Source: Thermoplasmata archaeon (GTDB lineage: Archaea; Thermoplasmatota; Thermoplasmata; Thermoplasmatales; ARK-15). From it: a stretch of 64,000 bases of DNA. Shown in pieces: positions 1-9,133 of this stretch (the stretch's first letter is position 1; every line of letters begins with the position of its first letter). Under the pieces are notes generated by a model that saw nothing but the letters and a program-made list of their open reading frames with translations, did no database searches and had not been told where the DNA came from. Where the stretch lies: NCBI GenBank assembly GCA_038880255.1, contig JAVZSA010000001.1:788-64787 (forward strand), in the 5' to 3' direction. The translations under genes and the position numbers were made by a program.

Positions 1-393
1 GCAATTTATTCAAGTACAAGCGGAGATTATAATAACTTACAGGGGACTATAAATGGTATTATTGGCATAGGTCTAGGAGTAATAGGACTTGTAACTGCAG
101 TTATGAAAGCGGATGGATGGTCTCCGGCCAGTGGGTGGGCTGAAATAGGTCTCAAAGTTTTAGATATAACAGGGCTAGTGAGCTCTGTTTTAGGTTTAGT
201 ATTGAGCGGAGTAGTTAGATCAAAGTCAAGTACTATAGCATTTGGGGGATATGCCCAAAATGATGGTAAAGTAGGGAGCCCATCACAGGGTAATCCAATA
301 CTTATCTATGCTTATGTATTAAAAATTGATGTAAACTTTAATGATCATAACTATATATTTCCAGTTATGTGGCTTACTGGTAAACCTGCTTAA
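1..393 (+). CDS. Hypothetical membrane-associated protein, C-terminal part (5' end outside window)
   Basis: Frame 1 is open from base 1 with no stop before 391-393. Gly/Ile/Leu/Val-rich hydrophobic segments (GIIGIGLGVIGLVTAV, GLVSSVLGLVLSGVV) look like TM helices. No family recognised. Confidence 0.45.
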   Translation, partial: AIYSSTSGDYNNLQGTINGIIGIGLGVIGLVTAVMKADGWSPASGWAEIGLKVLDITGLVSSVLGLVLSGVVRSKSSTIAFGGYAQNDGKVGSPSQGNPILIYAYVLKIDVNFNDHNYIFPVMWLTGKPA

Positions 394-528
394 CTAATTT
401 TTTTTACTTTTTTATTTTATTATTTTAAAAAGTGTCAATAAATATATTTAGATCAAAAATTCAGATATTAAATTGACAAAAATATCTTTTGTCAAGTGAA
501 CTAACCTATTTTTTCTTTTCTTTATATA

Positions 529-863
529 GTATGAACTTGTATTTTTTGAGCATTCTTCCAGTCCACGATAATTAACTAGCTGATTCCACACCCTCATCCA
601 TTTAATAAAACTATCCAGAAATTTCAATATACTCCTTTCCCTTTGTTCATTTCTCTAAGTTCATCATCCTAATGTTCTGAAAAATTCTAGATCAGGATAA
701 AATTCACCTCTAATTACTAATTGTTTGTTATATTTTTGCGAAAATCTTTTCTTATTATGTTTTTCCTCATCTCTTATTTTTAAATTTACACATAAAAAAT
801 GAAAATGATATAAACTATATATATGATAATATTAAGACACTAATCAGATTTATTAAATAAAGT
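529..863. repeat. Copy A of a ~340-bp dispersed repeat (partner at 63143-63484, same orientation)
   Basis: Hand alignment to 63143-63484 gives roughly 88-90% identity with a few indels, including an 11-nt gap. Long identical blocks occur, e.g. tccatttaataaaactatccagaaatttcaatatactcctttccctttgttcatttctctaagttcatcatcc. Confidence 0.85.
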
Positions 864-905
864 ACCTTGAAAAGAAATATTTAATATTATAACATATTAA
901 AATAT

Positions 906-1451
906 ATGAACATGTTAGATTTATTTACTCCAGGAAAATTAAATTTTGTAAGGGAAGAGGGGGGTTTCGTTTGGGAAAATATAATTGTTGAATCCCAGAT
1001 TCTTGGCTTTAATTCATATTTAATCTTTGGGAACATTGTTCCAATCAAATTAAGAATGTTGTATGCAATTTTAAATAGAATGGGAAAAACTAAAAATATA
1101 TTGATTAGAAGAGGTTTTACATACCATCAACTTTTAACCATTGTTTTAGAACTTGAAAAATATTATGATCTTGTTCTCTTTTTCCACGACCCTGTTTCCT
1201 TTAATGATCTTAGAGGTGATGAAAAGCATTCATTATTGAATATGATTGCAATTTCATTACTCAAATATGCTGAAACAAACAATTCAATTTGCATTTTTTC
1301 ATCTGAAGAGAATTTTAAATTCCCAATTGAACATAAAAAAATAAAAATGAGGGAAATTGAGGAAGGATGGTTGCTGGAAAGTGATGGTGTTATAAGAATA
1401 TTTTATAAGGACCCCCATCAAGCTTCTCTTAATTATTTTATGGAGGTGTAA
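906..1451 (+). CDS. Hypothetical protein, possible RecA/RadB/KaiC-like fold with degenerate Walker A
   Basis: 181-aa ORF ending 3 nt before the next ORF. Its layout resembles RecA-superfamily proteins: LIFGNIVPIKLRML where GxxGxGKT would sit, a hydrophobic strand plus Asp (LVLFFHD), then a hydrophobic strand ending in SSE. This is pattern recognition only. Confidence 0.5.
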   Translation: MNMLDLFTPGKLNFVREEGGFVWENIIVESQILGFNSYLIFGNIVPIKLRMLYAILNRMGKTKNILIRRGFTYHQLLTIVLELEKYYDLVLFFHDPVSFNDLRGDEKHSLLNMIAISLLKYAETNNSICIFSSEENFKFPIEHKKIKMREIEEGWLLESDGVIRIFYKDPHQASLNYFMEV

Positions 1452-1454
1452 AAA

Positions 1455-1697
1455 ATGGGAAGAAATGTGGAATCAATGAGACAGGAAATTGAGAAAATAG
1501 TTGTTAGATGGAAATCTTACGAAAGGGCTATGAAAGAAGAGGATAGAAAATACATGGAAAAAATAATAGAGAATGTGAAAAAACATTCAGGTGAAGCACA
1601 ATATGCTCTATACGATCCGCTTGAGGCAGTTTTTCTATCAGTTTTAATAGAATTAGAAAAAGAGATAGAGGAATTAAAAAATGTTAGTGGAAATTGA
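1455..1697 (+). CDS. Small helical hypothetical protein
   Basis: 80-aa Lys/Glu-rich ORF. It is wedged between the 181-aa ORF (3-nt gap) and the polymerase ORF (17-nt overlap), which suggests translational coupling. Confidence 0.5.
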   Translation: MGRNVESMRQEIEKIVVRWKSYERAMKEEDRKYMEKIIENVKKHSGEAQYALYDPLEAVFLSVLIELEKEIEELKNVSGN

Positions 1698-3654
1698 CGT
1701 TTGGAATAATGCTTATTTATGGTATAGAGAAAATGGGAAAGTGATAATGAGAAAATATGATTTTTTACCAGAACTACTTATTTCAGGAAATGAAAATATT
1801 CTTGAAGAGCTAGAATCATTGGATATGGAAGGTGTGGTAAGAATTGAAAGAAAAAAATTTAGGGACATTGAAAATGAATATTACGGTATATCAATAAAGG
1901 CTAGATCTTCTAACTTTTTTAATGTTGTTAATACAATAGACAGATATTATAATTATCATAGGGCAAAACTTTTTAATGTTGATATTAGGTTTTCTGTGAG
2001 ATTCCTTGCTGATATGGGGATCTTTCCATTTTATGACGGTAGGGAAAGATTTAGTATAATGAATACGGATGGAATTGTTTTAATGGAAATAAAAAAAATT
2101 GGCGAAAATTTAAAAATAAATGAAAAAACAATATATTCTCTTGATTACAAAAATCTTGAAAAAATTGTTGAATCTGAAGATCCAGATATAATTATTTTTC
2201 CAGGTGGGGACAGTATTATTAAAAAAATGATAGAAATAGCAAGAAAAAATAACGATGAATTTTGTTTAGGTAGAAGAAGGGGTTGGAGGACATTGGGAGA
2301 AAAAGAATATTTTTCTTATGGCAGGGAATATTATAAGACTGGGGCATTAATACCTATAGGAAGAAGTATAGTGGATCCCGAAACATCATTCATATACAGT
2401 GAAGGAGGTATTAGAGGACTTTTAACAGTATCCAGAATATCATCATTGCCAGTTTCCTATGCCTCAAGATCTACACCTGGAACGCTGGTATCCACAATGG
2501 AAGTTTATGAAGCATTAAAAAAAGGTATTGCAGTTCCATTTCATAAATTTAAAGCTGAAAAGGAAAAAACCTTGGAAACACTTATAAACGCTGATAGGGG
2601 TGGAATTGTATACCAGCCTCAGCCAGGGCTTTATTTTGATGTTGTTGAGCTTGATTTTACATCTATGTATCCAAGTATAATAGTAAGAAAAAATCTTTCC
2701 CAGGAAACTGTTAATGCAGAATGTAGTGAATACGATACTGTTCCTGAAATTGGATACAATGTTTGTAAAAAGAGAGGATTTCTTTCAGAGGTACTTTCCC
2801 CATTACTTGAATTAAGGATTAAAACAAAAAGTATGAAGAAAAATGATACTGGAATTAAGGGTATTGATACTTCATTAAAATGGATGCTTGTTACATCATT
2901 TGGTTATACAGGATATAGAAATGCAAAATTTGGATCAATTGAAGTTCATGAGGCAATAAATGCGTATGCTAGAGAATATTTTTTAAGGGCAAAAGAAATT
3001 ATTGAGTCAAAAGGTTGCAAATTGATACATGGAATAGTTGATTCCATTATGGTTCAGGGAAAGGTAACAAAAGAAGTATTAGAGGAAATTGAAAAGGATA
3101 CATCACTTCCAATAGAAATATCAGACGAGTATTTTTGGGTAAAGATACTTCCAGAAAAAGGAATACCATCTGTGGGAGCCCCAGGAAGATATTTAGGTTT
3201 AAAAAAGAGTTTTGAATTCAAAGTAAGAGGATTAATGATGAGAAGACAGGATGTACCCCAATTTATTAAAAATTTTCAAGAAGAATCACTTGAAATACTT
3301 AAAAATTTATTTTCAAGGAGTGATATTGAAATTATAAAGAAAAGAATAAATGAAAAGTTTATGGAATATAAGAAAAGGATTGAAAGAAGGGATGTGGATA
3401 AAAATTTGTTACTCATACAGAGAAGGGTAAGTAGGTATCCATTTCAATACATTTCAAGAACTGCTAGTGCAATATTACTGGATGAACTCTATGAAAGAGG
3501 TGAAATGAAAAGACCGGGTGAATATATTAGATATTTAGTGCATTCAACAAATCCCTTAAGGGTAGTTGATGAATCTAGAATTGAGAATGTTGATTATTCT
3601 ATAAAATACTATGTTTCATTGTTAAGGGAAGCATATATGGAATTATTACCATAA
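1681..3654 (+). CDS. Family B DNA polymerase, PolB2-like (exonuclease motifs degenerate, motif C altered)
   Basis: Motif A is DFTSMYPSII and a motif B-like element is KWMLVTSFGYTGY. Motif C reads HGIVDS instead of YGDTDS. No clear DxE ExoI motif is present (LMEI where FDIE is expected). At 657 aa it is short for a replicative PolB. Confidence 0.8.
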   Translation: MLVEIDVWNNAYLWYRENGKVIMRKYDFLPELLISGNENILEELESLDMEGVVRIERKKFRDIENEYYGISIKARSSNFFNVVNTIDRYYNYHRAKLFNVDIRFSVRFLADMGIFPFYDGRERFSIMNTDGIVLMEIKKIGENLKINEKTIYSLDYKNLEKIVESEDPDIIIFPGGDSIIKKMIEIARKNNDEFCLGRRRGWRTLGEKEYFSYGREYYKTGALIPIGRSIVDPETSFIYSEGGIRGLLTVSRISSLPVSYASRSTPGTLVSTMEVYEALKKGIAVPFHKFKAEKEKTLETLINADRGGIVYQPQPGLYFDVVELDFTSMYPSIIVRKNLSQETVNAECSEYDTVPEIGYNVCKKRGFLSEVLSPLLELRIKTKSMKKNDTGIKGIDTSLKWMLVTSFGYTGYRNAKFGSIEVHEAINAYAREYFLRAKEIIESKGCKLIHGIVDSIMVQGKVTKEVLEEIEKDTSLPIEISDEYFWVKILPEKGIPSVGAPGRYLGLKKSFEFKVRGLMMRRQDVPQFIKNFQEESLEILKNLFSRSDIEIIKKRINEKFMEYKKRIERRDVDKNLLLIQRRVSRYPFQYISRTASAILLDELYERGEMKRPGEYIRYLVHSTNPLRVVDESRIENVDYSIKYYVSLLREAYMELLP

Positions 3655-3687
3655 ATTATTTAATCAAAACATGTATATTTTTATTAT

Positions 3688-4857
3688 ATGGAAGAAAAAT
3701 TAAAGAATGAAATTTTAGAAATATCCAAAAAAATATACGAATATGCTGAAATAGGAAGTGAAGAAAGAAAATCATCCAGATTACTCGTTGAATCTCTTAG
3801 GTCCCATGGTTTTAAGGTAGAATATCCATATTTGAACATAGAAACTGCCTTTAGGGCAGAATGGGGTGAAGGAAAACCTGCTGTAGGACTTTTGGCCGAA
3901 TATGATGCACTTCCAAACGGTCATTCGTGCGGTCATAATTTAATTGCAGCTTGGGCATATGGAACTGCAGTATTACTTACAAAAAGTATAAAAAGTGGAA
4001 AAGTAGTGGTATTCGGGACGCCATCAGAGGAAGGGATAGGAAAATATGCTGGAAGTAAGGTGATTTTTTCAGAAAGTGGAGCCTTTAAAGACATTGATTT
4101 TGTGATAGGAATGCACCCTGATGATTCTTGGAGTGTAGGTGGTAAAGCACTTGCAGACATATCATTTCAGGCAATATTTCACGGAAAATCCTCACATATG
4201 GCTGATTCACCTGAAAAGGGAATAAATGCATTAGATGCTGCTGTTACATCCTATGTGGCAATTAATAATATAAGGGGATGGGCAAAAAATGACAAGCATG
4301 TTGTTATTGGAATGATTTTCAGAGAAGGGGGTGTTGCCACAAATATCGTTCCTGAAAAGGCGGTTCTTGAAATTGATTTAAGATCATCCTCTGGAGAATT
4401 TCTAAAATTATTAAAAGATAAGGTATTGAGTATTTTAAATGGTGTTTCAACAGCATTTGGAACAAAGCTTGAGATTTTTTATACATCACCAATGTATGAA
4501 AATTATGTTTCAAATAATGTAATAAATAATGTAATTTTTGAATCACTAAAAGAATTTGGTGTTGAAGCAAAAAATCTCGACCTTGATACAAAACCACCAT
4601 CAGGTAGTACAGATGAGGCAAATGTAAGCAAGGTAGTACCTACAGGACACCTAGATATTAAAATTGGGTATCCAGGAATCCCAGGCCATTCAGATGATTT
4701 TAGGGAAGCATCAAATCCTGAAAAATCTGGGGATAATTTAATAATAGGTATAATGGCTACTGTAAAATCCATTGAAAAGATATTTAAAGATCCTGAACTT
4801 CTGAAGAAAATACGGACTAATTATGAGCAAAGTATCCATAAATCTCAGGAACTTTAA
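3688..4857 (+). CDS. M20-family metallo-amidohydrolase/peptidase (AbgB-like)
   Basis: HSCGHNL metal-binding motif, GTPSEEG, and length typical of M20D amidohydrolases. Confidence 0.75.
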   Translation: MEEKLKNEILEISKKIYEYAEIGSEERKSSRLLVESLRSHGFKVEYPYLNIETAFRAEWGEGKPAVGLLAEYDALPNGHSCGHNLIAAWAYGTAVLLTKSIKSGKVVVFGTPSEEGIGKYAGSKVIFSESGAFKDIDFVIGMHPDDSWSVGGKALADISFQAIFHGKSSHMADSPEKGINALDAAVTSYVAINNIRGWAKNDKHVVIGMIFREGGVATNIVPEKAVLEIDLRSSSGEFLKLLKDKVLSILNGVSTAFGTKLEIFYTSPMYENYVSNNVINNVIFESLKEFGVEAKNLDLDTKPPSGSTDEANVSKVVPTGHLDIKIGYPGIPGHSDDFREASNPEKSGDNLIIGIMATVKSIEKIFKDPELLKKIRTNYEQSIHKSQEL

Positions 4858-6481
4858 ATATGTTTACATAACCAAACCTCTCAAATTGAACAATACCATT
4901 TTCTAACTTCTCTATTTCAGGCTCTACAAGACCATTAATTGTATTACCATCTGGCATTATTACTTTACACGGTAATGAGTTCTCAGGAACCCAATGTATT
5001 ATATTCAATTTCTTTATTAAGGATAAATCATTATTTATGAAATTCAATACTTTACCATCGTAAACAAAATTCCCTAAGTCTTTTAATCTAAACATTTTAC
5101 CATCAACTATTGATGAAAAATCATTCTTTGTTATAAAAATATTAAAATTTTTTCCTAAATTATAAACCTTATCACCCATTGCCACATTTGGATGCAGTGG
5201 AATTTTAGCTACCAAATCTTTTTCACTTACAACTTTTACATTGATAGGATCCCAAACAAAAAAGTATCTTCTGGCCAAAGGATCAACAATTGACCTATTA
5301 TATGCATAAAGATTTTCCCAAGAAAAAACAATGTCAACTTCTTTAAGTCCCGCATCTATCCAATATTTCCTGATAGCATCTGGTGATATGCCCCTTTTTC
5401 TTAATGCCATTAATGTGCCAAGTCTTACATCATCCCATCCTTGAAAATTCCCATCCCTTATGCCTTTTTTAATTATTGATGTTTTTAGTATTGAATTTTC
5501 AATCCTTACCTTTCCATAGTGTATATAAACCGGTTTTTCCCAACCAAAATAGTCAAAGATGTAAAGTTGCCTATAGGTGTTATTAATATGATCCTTTCCC
5601 CTAAGAACATGGGTTAAACCAAAATCATGGTCATCAATTGCCACTGAAAAATTCATAAGAGGATAAACAATGTATTTTTCACCTGTTCTTGGATGTTTTA
5701 CTTTCCTTAATATTCTGAAAGCTGCCCAATCTCTTATTGCTGGATTTGGATGTTTTAAATCTGTTTTTACAACAAAAACAGCCTCCCTATTTCCATATTT
5801 ACCAGAAAGCATCTCATCCCATCTTTCCAAATGAACGCTTGGATCCACATCCCTATCTGGACATGGTTTCATTGAAAGTTTCAATTTTCTCCATTCCTTT
5901 TCATCACACAATGTTATGTAAGCCTTTCCCATTTCTATTAATTTTTTTGCATAATTATAATAAACATTGAATCTATCTGATTGGATTACCACTTCATGGA
6001 ATTTTACCTCGAGCCATTCCAAATCTTCTTTAATCATATCATATGCAGAATTTTCTATGTTTAAAGGATTTGTATCCTCTATTCTCAAAATAAGTTTTCC
6101 GGAATATTTCTTTGTATACTCATCATTTAAAATTGCCATTCTTGAATGACCAATGTGTAATGGACCTGAAGGTGAAGGTGCCATTCTCATCACTACCTTC
6201 CCCTTTACATTTGGAAGGGGAGGTAGTTCCTTTTTTTCCACTATTTTCTTTTTCTCCATTAATTCGGGTGCAAGAATTTGAAGTAACTCCTTCTGTTCTT
6301 CAATGGTCTTAGAATTAACTTCTTCAATCACATCTTTTATTTGAATCATTAATTCATTAATATTTCCTTTTAATGAAGGATCGTATGCAATACATTTACC
6401 AAGTACACTTCCACTATTTGCCTTACCACCATGTTCAACCGCATTTTGTAATGCGAATTTAAGAATTATATTTCTATCCAT
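4817..6481 (-). CDS. gltX: Glutamyl-tRNA synthetase, archaeal type
   Basis: Class I HIGH motif (PSGPLHIGHSRMAILN), RIEDTNP, HVLRGKDH, and archaeal/eukaryal GluRS length (554 aa). Confidence 0.9.
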   Translation of the reverse strand: MDRNIILKFALQNAVEHGGKANSGSVLGKCIAYDPSLKGNINELMIQIKDVIEEVNSKTIEEQKELLQILAPELMEKKKIVEKKELPPLPNVKGKVVMRMAPSPSGPLHIGHSRMAILNDEYTKKYSGKLILRIEDTNPLNIENSAYDMIKEDLEWLEVKFHEVVIQSDRFNVYYNYAKKLIEMGKAYITLCDEKEWRKLKLSMKPCPDRDVDPSVHLERWDEMLSGKYGNREAVFVVKTDLKHPNPAIRDWAAFRILRKVKHPRTGEKYIVYPLMNFSVAIDDHDFGLTHVLRGKDHINNTYRQLYIFDYFGWEKPVYIHYGKVRIENSILKTSIIKKGIRDGNFQGWDDVRLGTLMALRKRGISPDAIRKYWIDAGLKEVDIVFSWENLYAYNRSIVDPLARRYFFVWDPINVKVVSEKDLVAKIPLHPNVAMGDKVYNLGKNFNIFITKNDFSSIVDGKMFRLKDLGNFVYDGKVLNFINNDLSLIKKLNIIHWVPENSLPCKVIMPDGNTINGLVEPEIEKLENGIVQFERFGYVNIFKVPEIYGYFAHN

Positions 6482-7442
6482 TATTTTTCAACCTCCTTTT
6501 AATTTCTTTCAAAATTAAATCCAAATTCTTCTTTTCTTTTGCTGAAATTTTTATATTGTTAGAATTTGATAAGAATAGGTCCATTTTATTTTCTACCACA
6601 ATAATTTCCTTTTCAAGGAATTTTTTAATCTCGTTAAGTAATGAATATTGTTTTTCTATTGGATATCCACAGGTTTCGCTTGGATCAATTAGAAATATTA
6701 TTAAATGAGCCAAATATTTTAATGCAGCAATTGCCTGCTTTTCCATCGCGTTCCTTTTTTCAATATTCCTATCGAGAAGACCTGGTGTATCAATAATCTG
6801 AATTTTTTTATTATCTACTTTCATATGACCTACATAAATACCCTTTGTAGTAAATGGATATGGTGCCACTTCAGTTTTTCCAGAAGATATTGCATTAACA
6901 AGCTCAGATTTTCCTACGTTTGGAAATCCAGCTATTACAACAGTGAAAGTATTTATATCAATGTCAGGTATTTGTAAAAGTTTTTTCCTTGATTCCTTTA
7001 AAAACTTTAAAGATTCAGATATTCCCTCAACAAATGAAGAAAATCTTCCAAAATATGAATTCATAATTTTGGAAAATTCATCAATTTCTCTTGTTCTTTC
7101 CAAGCTTTTTATGGTTGATGTTGTAATCTTCACAATACTATCTCTAGCCCACTTAATTGAACCTAAGGATTTTTTGTACAAATTTTCATCAACCATAATT
7201 GAAAATAGTTCACTATGAAATTTATCTAATGTTTTTAAATCTGGAAAATTTTTTAAATATCGATCCAGGGTGTCCTTTGCGCATTTTTCAATTACCTTTA
7301 ATTTTTCAATGTCCCAATTTCTTATTGCACTTACCTTATCTGGATGTTTCGAGATTTCAACCTTTTTACCCCTTTTAAAGCATTTGTCCAAAATTTCATT
7401 AGACTCAAGTACTGTTGGTATCTTTGAGAAGCTGAATACCAT
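6474..7442 (-). CDS. NOG1-family GTP-binding protein
   Basis: G1 motif GFPNVGKS, G3 motif DTPG, G4 motif NKMD, and an N-terminal helical NOG1-like region. Confidence 0.8.
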   Translation of the reverse strand: MVFSFSKIPTVLESNEILDKCFKRGKKVEISKHPDKVSAIRNWDIEKLKVIEKCAKDTLDRYLKNFPDLKTLDKFHSELFSIMVDENLYKKSLGSIKWARDSIVKITTSTIKSLERTREIDEFSKIMNSYFGRFSSFVEGISESLKFLKESRKKLLQIPDIDINTFTVVIAGFPNVGKSELVNAISSGKTEVAPYPFTTKGIYVGHMKVDNKKIQIIDTPGLLDRNIEKRNAMEKQAIAALKYLAHLIIFLIDPSETCGYPIEKQYSLLNEIKKFLEKEIIVVENKMDLFLSNSNNIKISAKEKKNLDLILKEIKRRLKNNG

Positions 7443-7451
7443 TTAAATTCC

Positions 7452-7700
7452 TCATTTGAAATAAGAAGGTATTTCCTCTTTCTTTTCATCAGCTTTCTTT
7501 AATTCAATAACATCTATAGCCACAATTGATGCTATAGGTATGATTCTGTATTTTCCTTCCACTTCCTCCATTTCTAAAACAAGAGCAGAATCTTCACCAA
7601 TATTAATAAAACCCATAAATTTGCCAATACTTACACCAATTTTTTCATTTTCAGTTTGTAAGTAAACCCTGCACTTTGTACCTATGGTCAACTCCAACAT
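7452..7700 (-). CDS. Small hypothetical protein (beta-rich, acidic tail)
   Basis: 82-aa ORF whose start codon abuts and overlaps the stop of the upstream wHTH gene by 1 nt. No family recognised. Confidence 0.4.
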   Translation of the reverse strand: MLELTIGTKCRVYLQTENEKIGVSIGKFMGFINIGEDSALVLEMEEVEGKYRIIPIASIVAIDVIELKKADEKKEEIPSYFK

Positions 7701-8134
7701 TATCTCACCCCTGAAAGCTTTTCTATCAATTCTACCTTTTTCCTATAATATTCCATAGCAATTTTTATATTTGCTTCAACAAAATTCCAGGAAGAGGAAA
7801 GACTTCCATGTCTAAATCTATAAACCTTTTCCTTCCCCCTTGCCTCCTCTTCAAGGATATCAAGCATCTTTAACCTATTTAAATGTCTATAGAGTGTAGG
7901 TCTTGTTGTGGAAAGAACACCCATTAGTTCATCAGGTGTCCAAAATCTATCCGGTCTAAGTAGAAAACATTCCTTAAATAGTCTATAAGGTACACTTATC
8001 TTTATTTCATCCATTTCTGAGGAATTTTTTGGTTCATCTATATATCCTATACTTGATAAGAAATCAATTAGAACAGAATCAAGGTCATTTTCTTCAGGAA
8101 CGGAACCTTTAAGCTGTATTTGAATTTCAAACAT
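7700..8134 (-). CDS. Winged helix-turn-helix transcriptional regulator
   Basis: The segment TRPTLYRHLNRLKMLDILEE...KVYRF is typical of ArsR/TrmB-like wHTH proteins. Confidence 0.6.
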   Translation of the reverse strand: MFEIQIQLKGSVPEENDLDSVLIDFLSSIGYIDEPKNSSEMDEIKISVPYRLFKECFLLRPDRFWTPDELMGVLSTTRPTLYRHLNRLKMLDILEEEARGKEKVYRFRHGSLSSSWNFVEANIKIAMEYYRKKVELIEKLSGVR

Positions 8135-8203
8135 ACTTTATCATTACATCAAATATTATCCCTTTTAAATACTTTTTTATATTGAAAATTAATCTGGATC
8201 TGT

Positions 8204-9100
8204 ATGGAAAAAATAAAGCTTCCAGATGTTCAGGCTGAGAAACCAAAAACAAACTTTAAGTTAACAAGGGTAGGTGTTACCAATGTTATAAAGCAAATAA
8301 GGGTAAAGAGACCTGGGAGGGAGGTAATTTTAATCCCAACCATTAACCTTTTTGTTGATTTACCAGCATCAAAAAAAGGTTCTGATATGTCTAGAAATAT
8401 TGAAATAATAGAGGAAATAGTTGAGAGAAGTACAACTAGACCCTGCTCAGGAATAGAAGAATTGGCTGAAAATATAGTTAAGATGCTAATTAAAAAACAT
8501 ACGTATGCATCATATGCAGAAATTGAATTATCATCGGATTATTTTCTTGAAAGACAAAATCCAAGTGGTAGAAAGACAATGGAAAAGTATGTACTATTTG
8601 CAAAGGCAACATTAAAGGAGGGTAAAATTAGAAAGATGATAGGTGTGAGGGTAACAGGTATTACAGTCTGCCCGTGTGCAATGGAAACTGTTAGAACAGT
8701 GCTTAAGGAAAAGTATAAGGATTATAGAAAGTTCATTGATGAAATACCTGTAATTTCACACAATCAAAGAAATAATACCACTATAATGATAGAGGTGCCT
8801 GAAGGTTATTCAATTGAAGCAAATGATCTAATTGATATTGCGGAAAAGTCAATGTCATCACCTACATTTGAAATATTGAAGAGAAACGACGAAGAAGAAC
8901 TTGTTTTTCAAGCACACCTAAATCCAAGATTTGTTGAGGATGTTGTAAGAGAAGCATTGAATTTAATTTCAAAAAAATACTCCGATTTTCCAAAAGATAC
9001 GTTGATTACTGTAAGAAGTGAAAGTGAGGAGAGCATCCATAAACATAATGCGTTCGCAGAAAGGGTAAGTACACTTGGGGAACTTCTTGATTGTGAATGA
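8204..9100 (+). CDS. mptA: GTP cyclohydrolase, FolE2/MptA family
   Basis: Length, a conserved GITVCPCAME Cys pair and HNQRN region match the FolE2/MptA family. Confidence 0.75.
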   Translation: MEKIKLPDVQAEKPKTNFKLTRVGVTNVIKQIRVKRPGREVILIPTINLFVDLPASKKGSDMSRNIEIIEEIVERSTTRPCSGIEELAENIVKMLIKKHTYASYAEIELSSDYFLERQNPSGRKTMEKYVLFAKATLKEGKIRKMIGVRVTGITVCPCAMETVRTVLKEKYKDYRKFIDEIPVISHNQRNNTTIMIEVPEGYSIEANDLIDIAEKSMSSPTFEILKRNDEEELVFQAHLNPRFVEDVVREALNLISKKYSDFPKDTLITVRSESEESIHKHNAFAERVSTLGELLDCE

Positions 9101-9133
9101 TTAAGTATATATATCTGAGAATTTTTTATTAAA

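Noticed and set aside
473-495. A perfect 9-bp inverted repeat, TTGACAAAA-ATATC-TTTTGTCAA, downstream of the first partial gene.
   Set aside because: It could be an operator or an RNA hairpin. However, archaeal termination relies on oligo-T tracts, which are present at about 398-420. A single AT-rich palindrome in ~30% GC DNA is weak evidence, and no second copy was seen.
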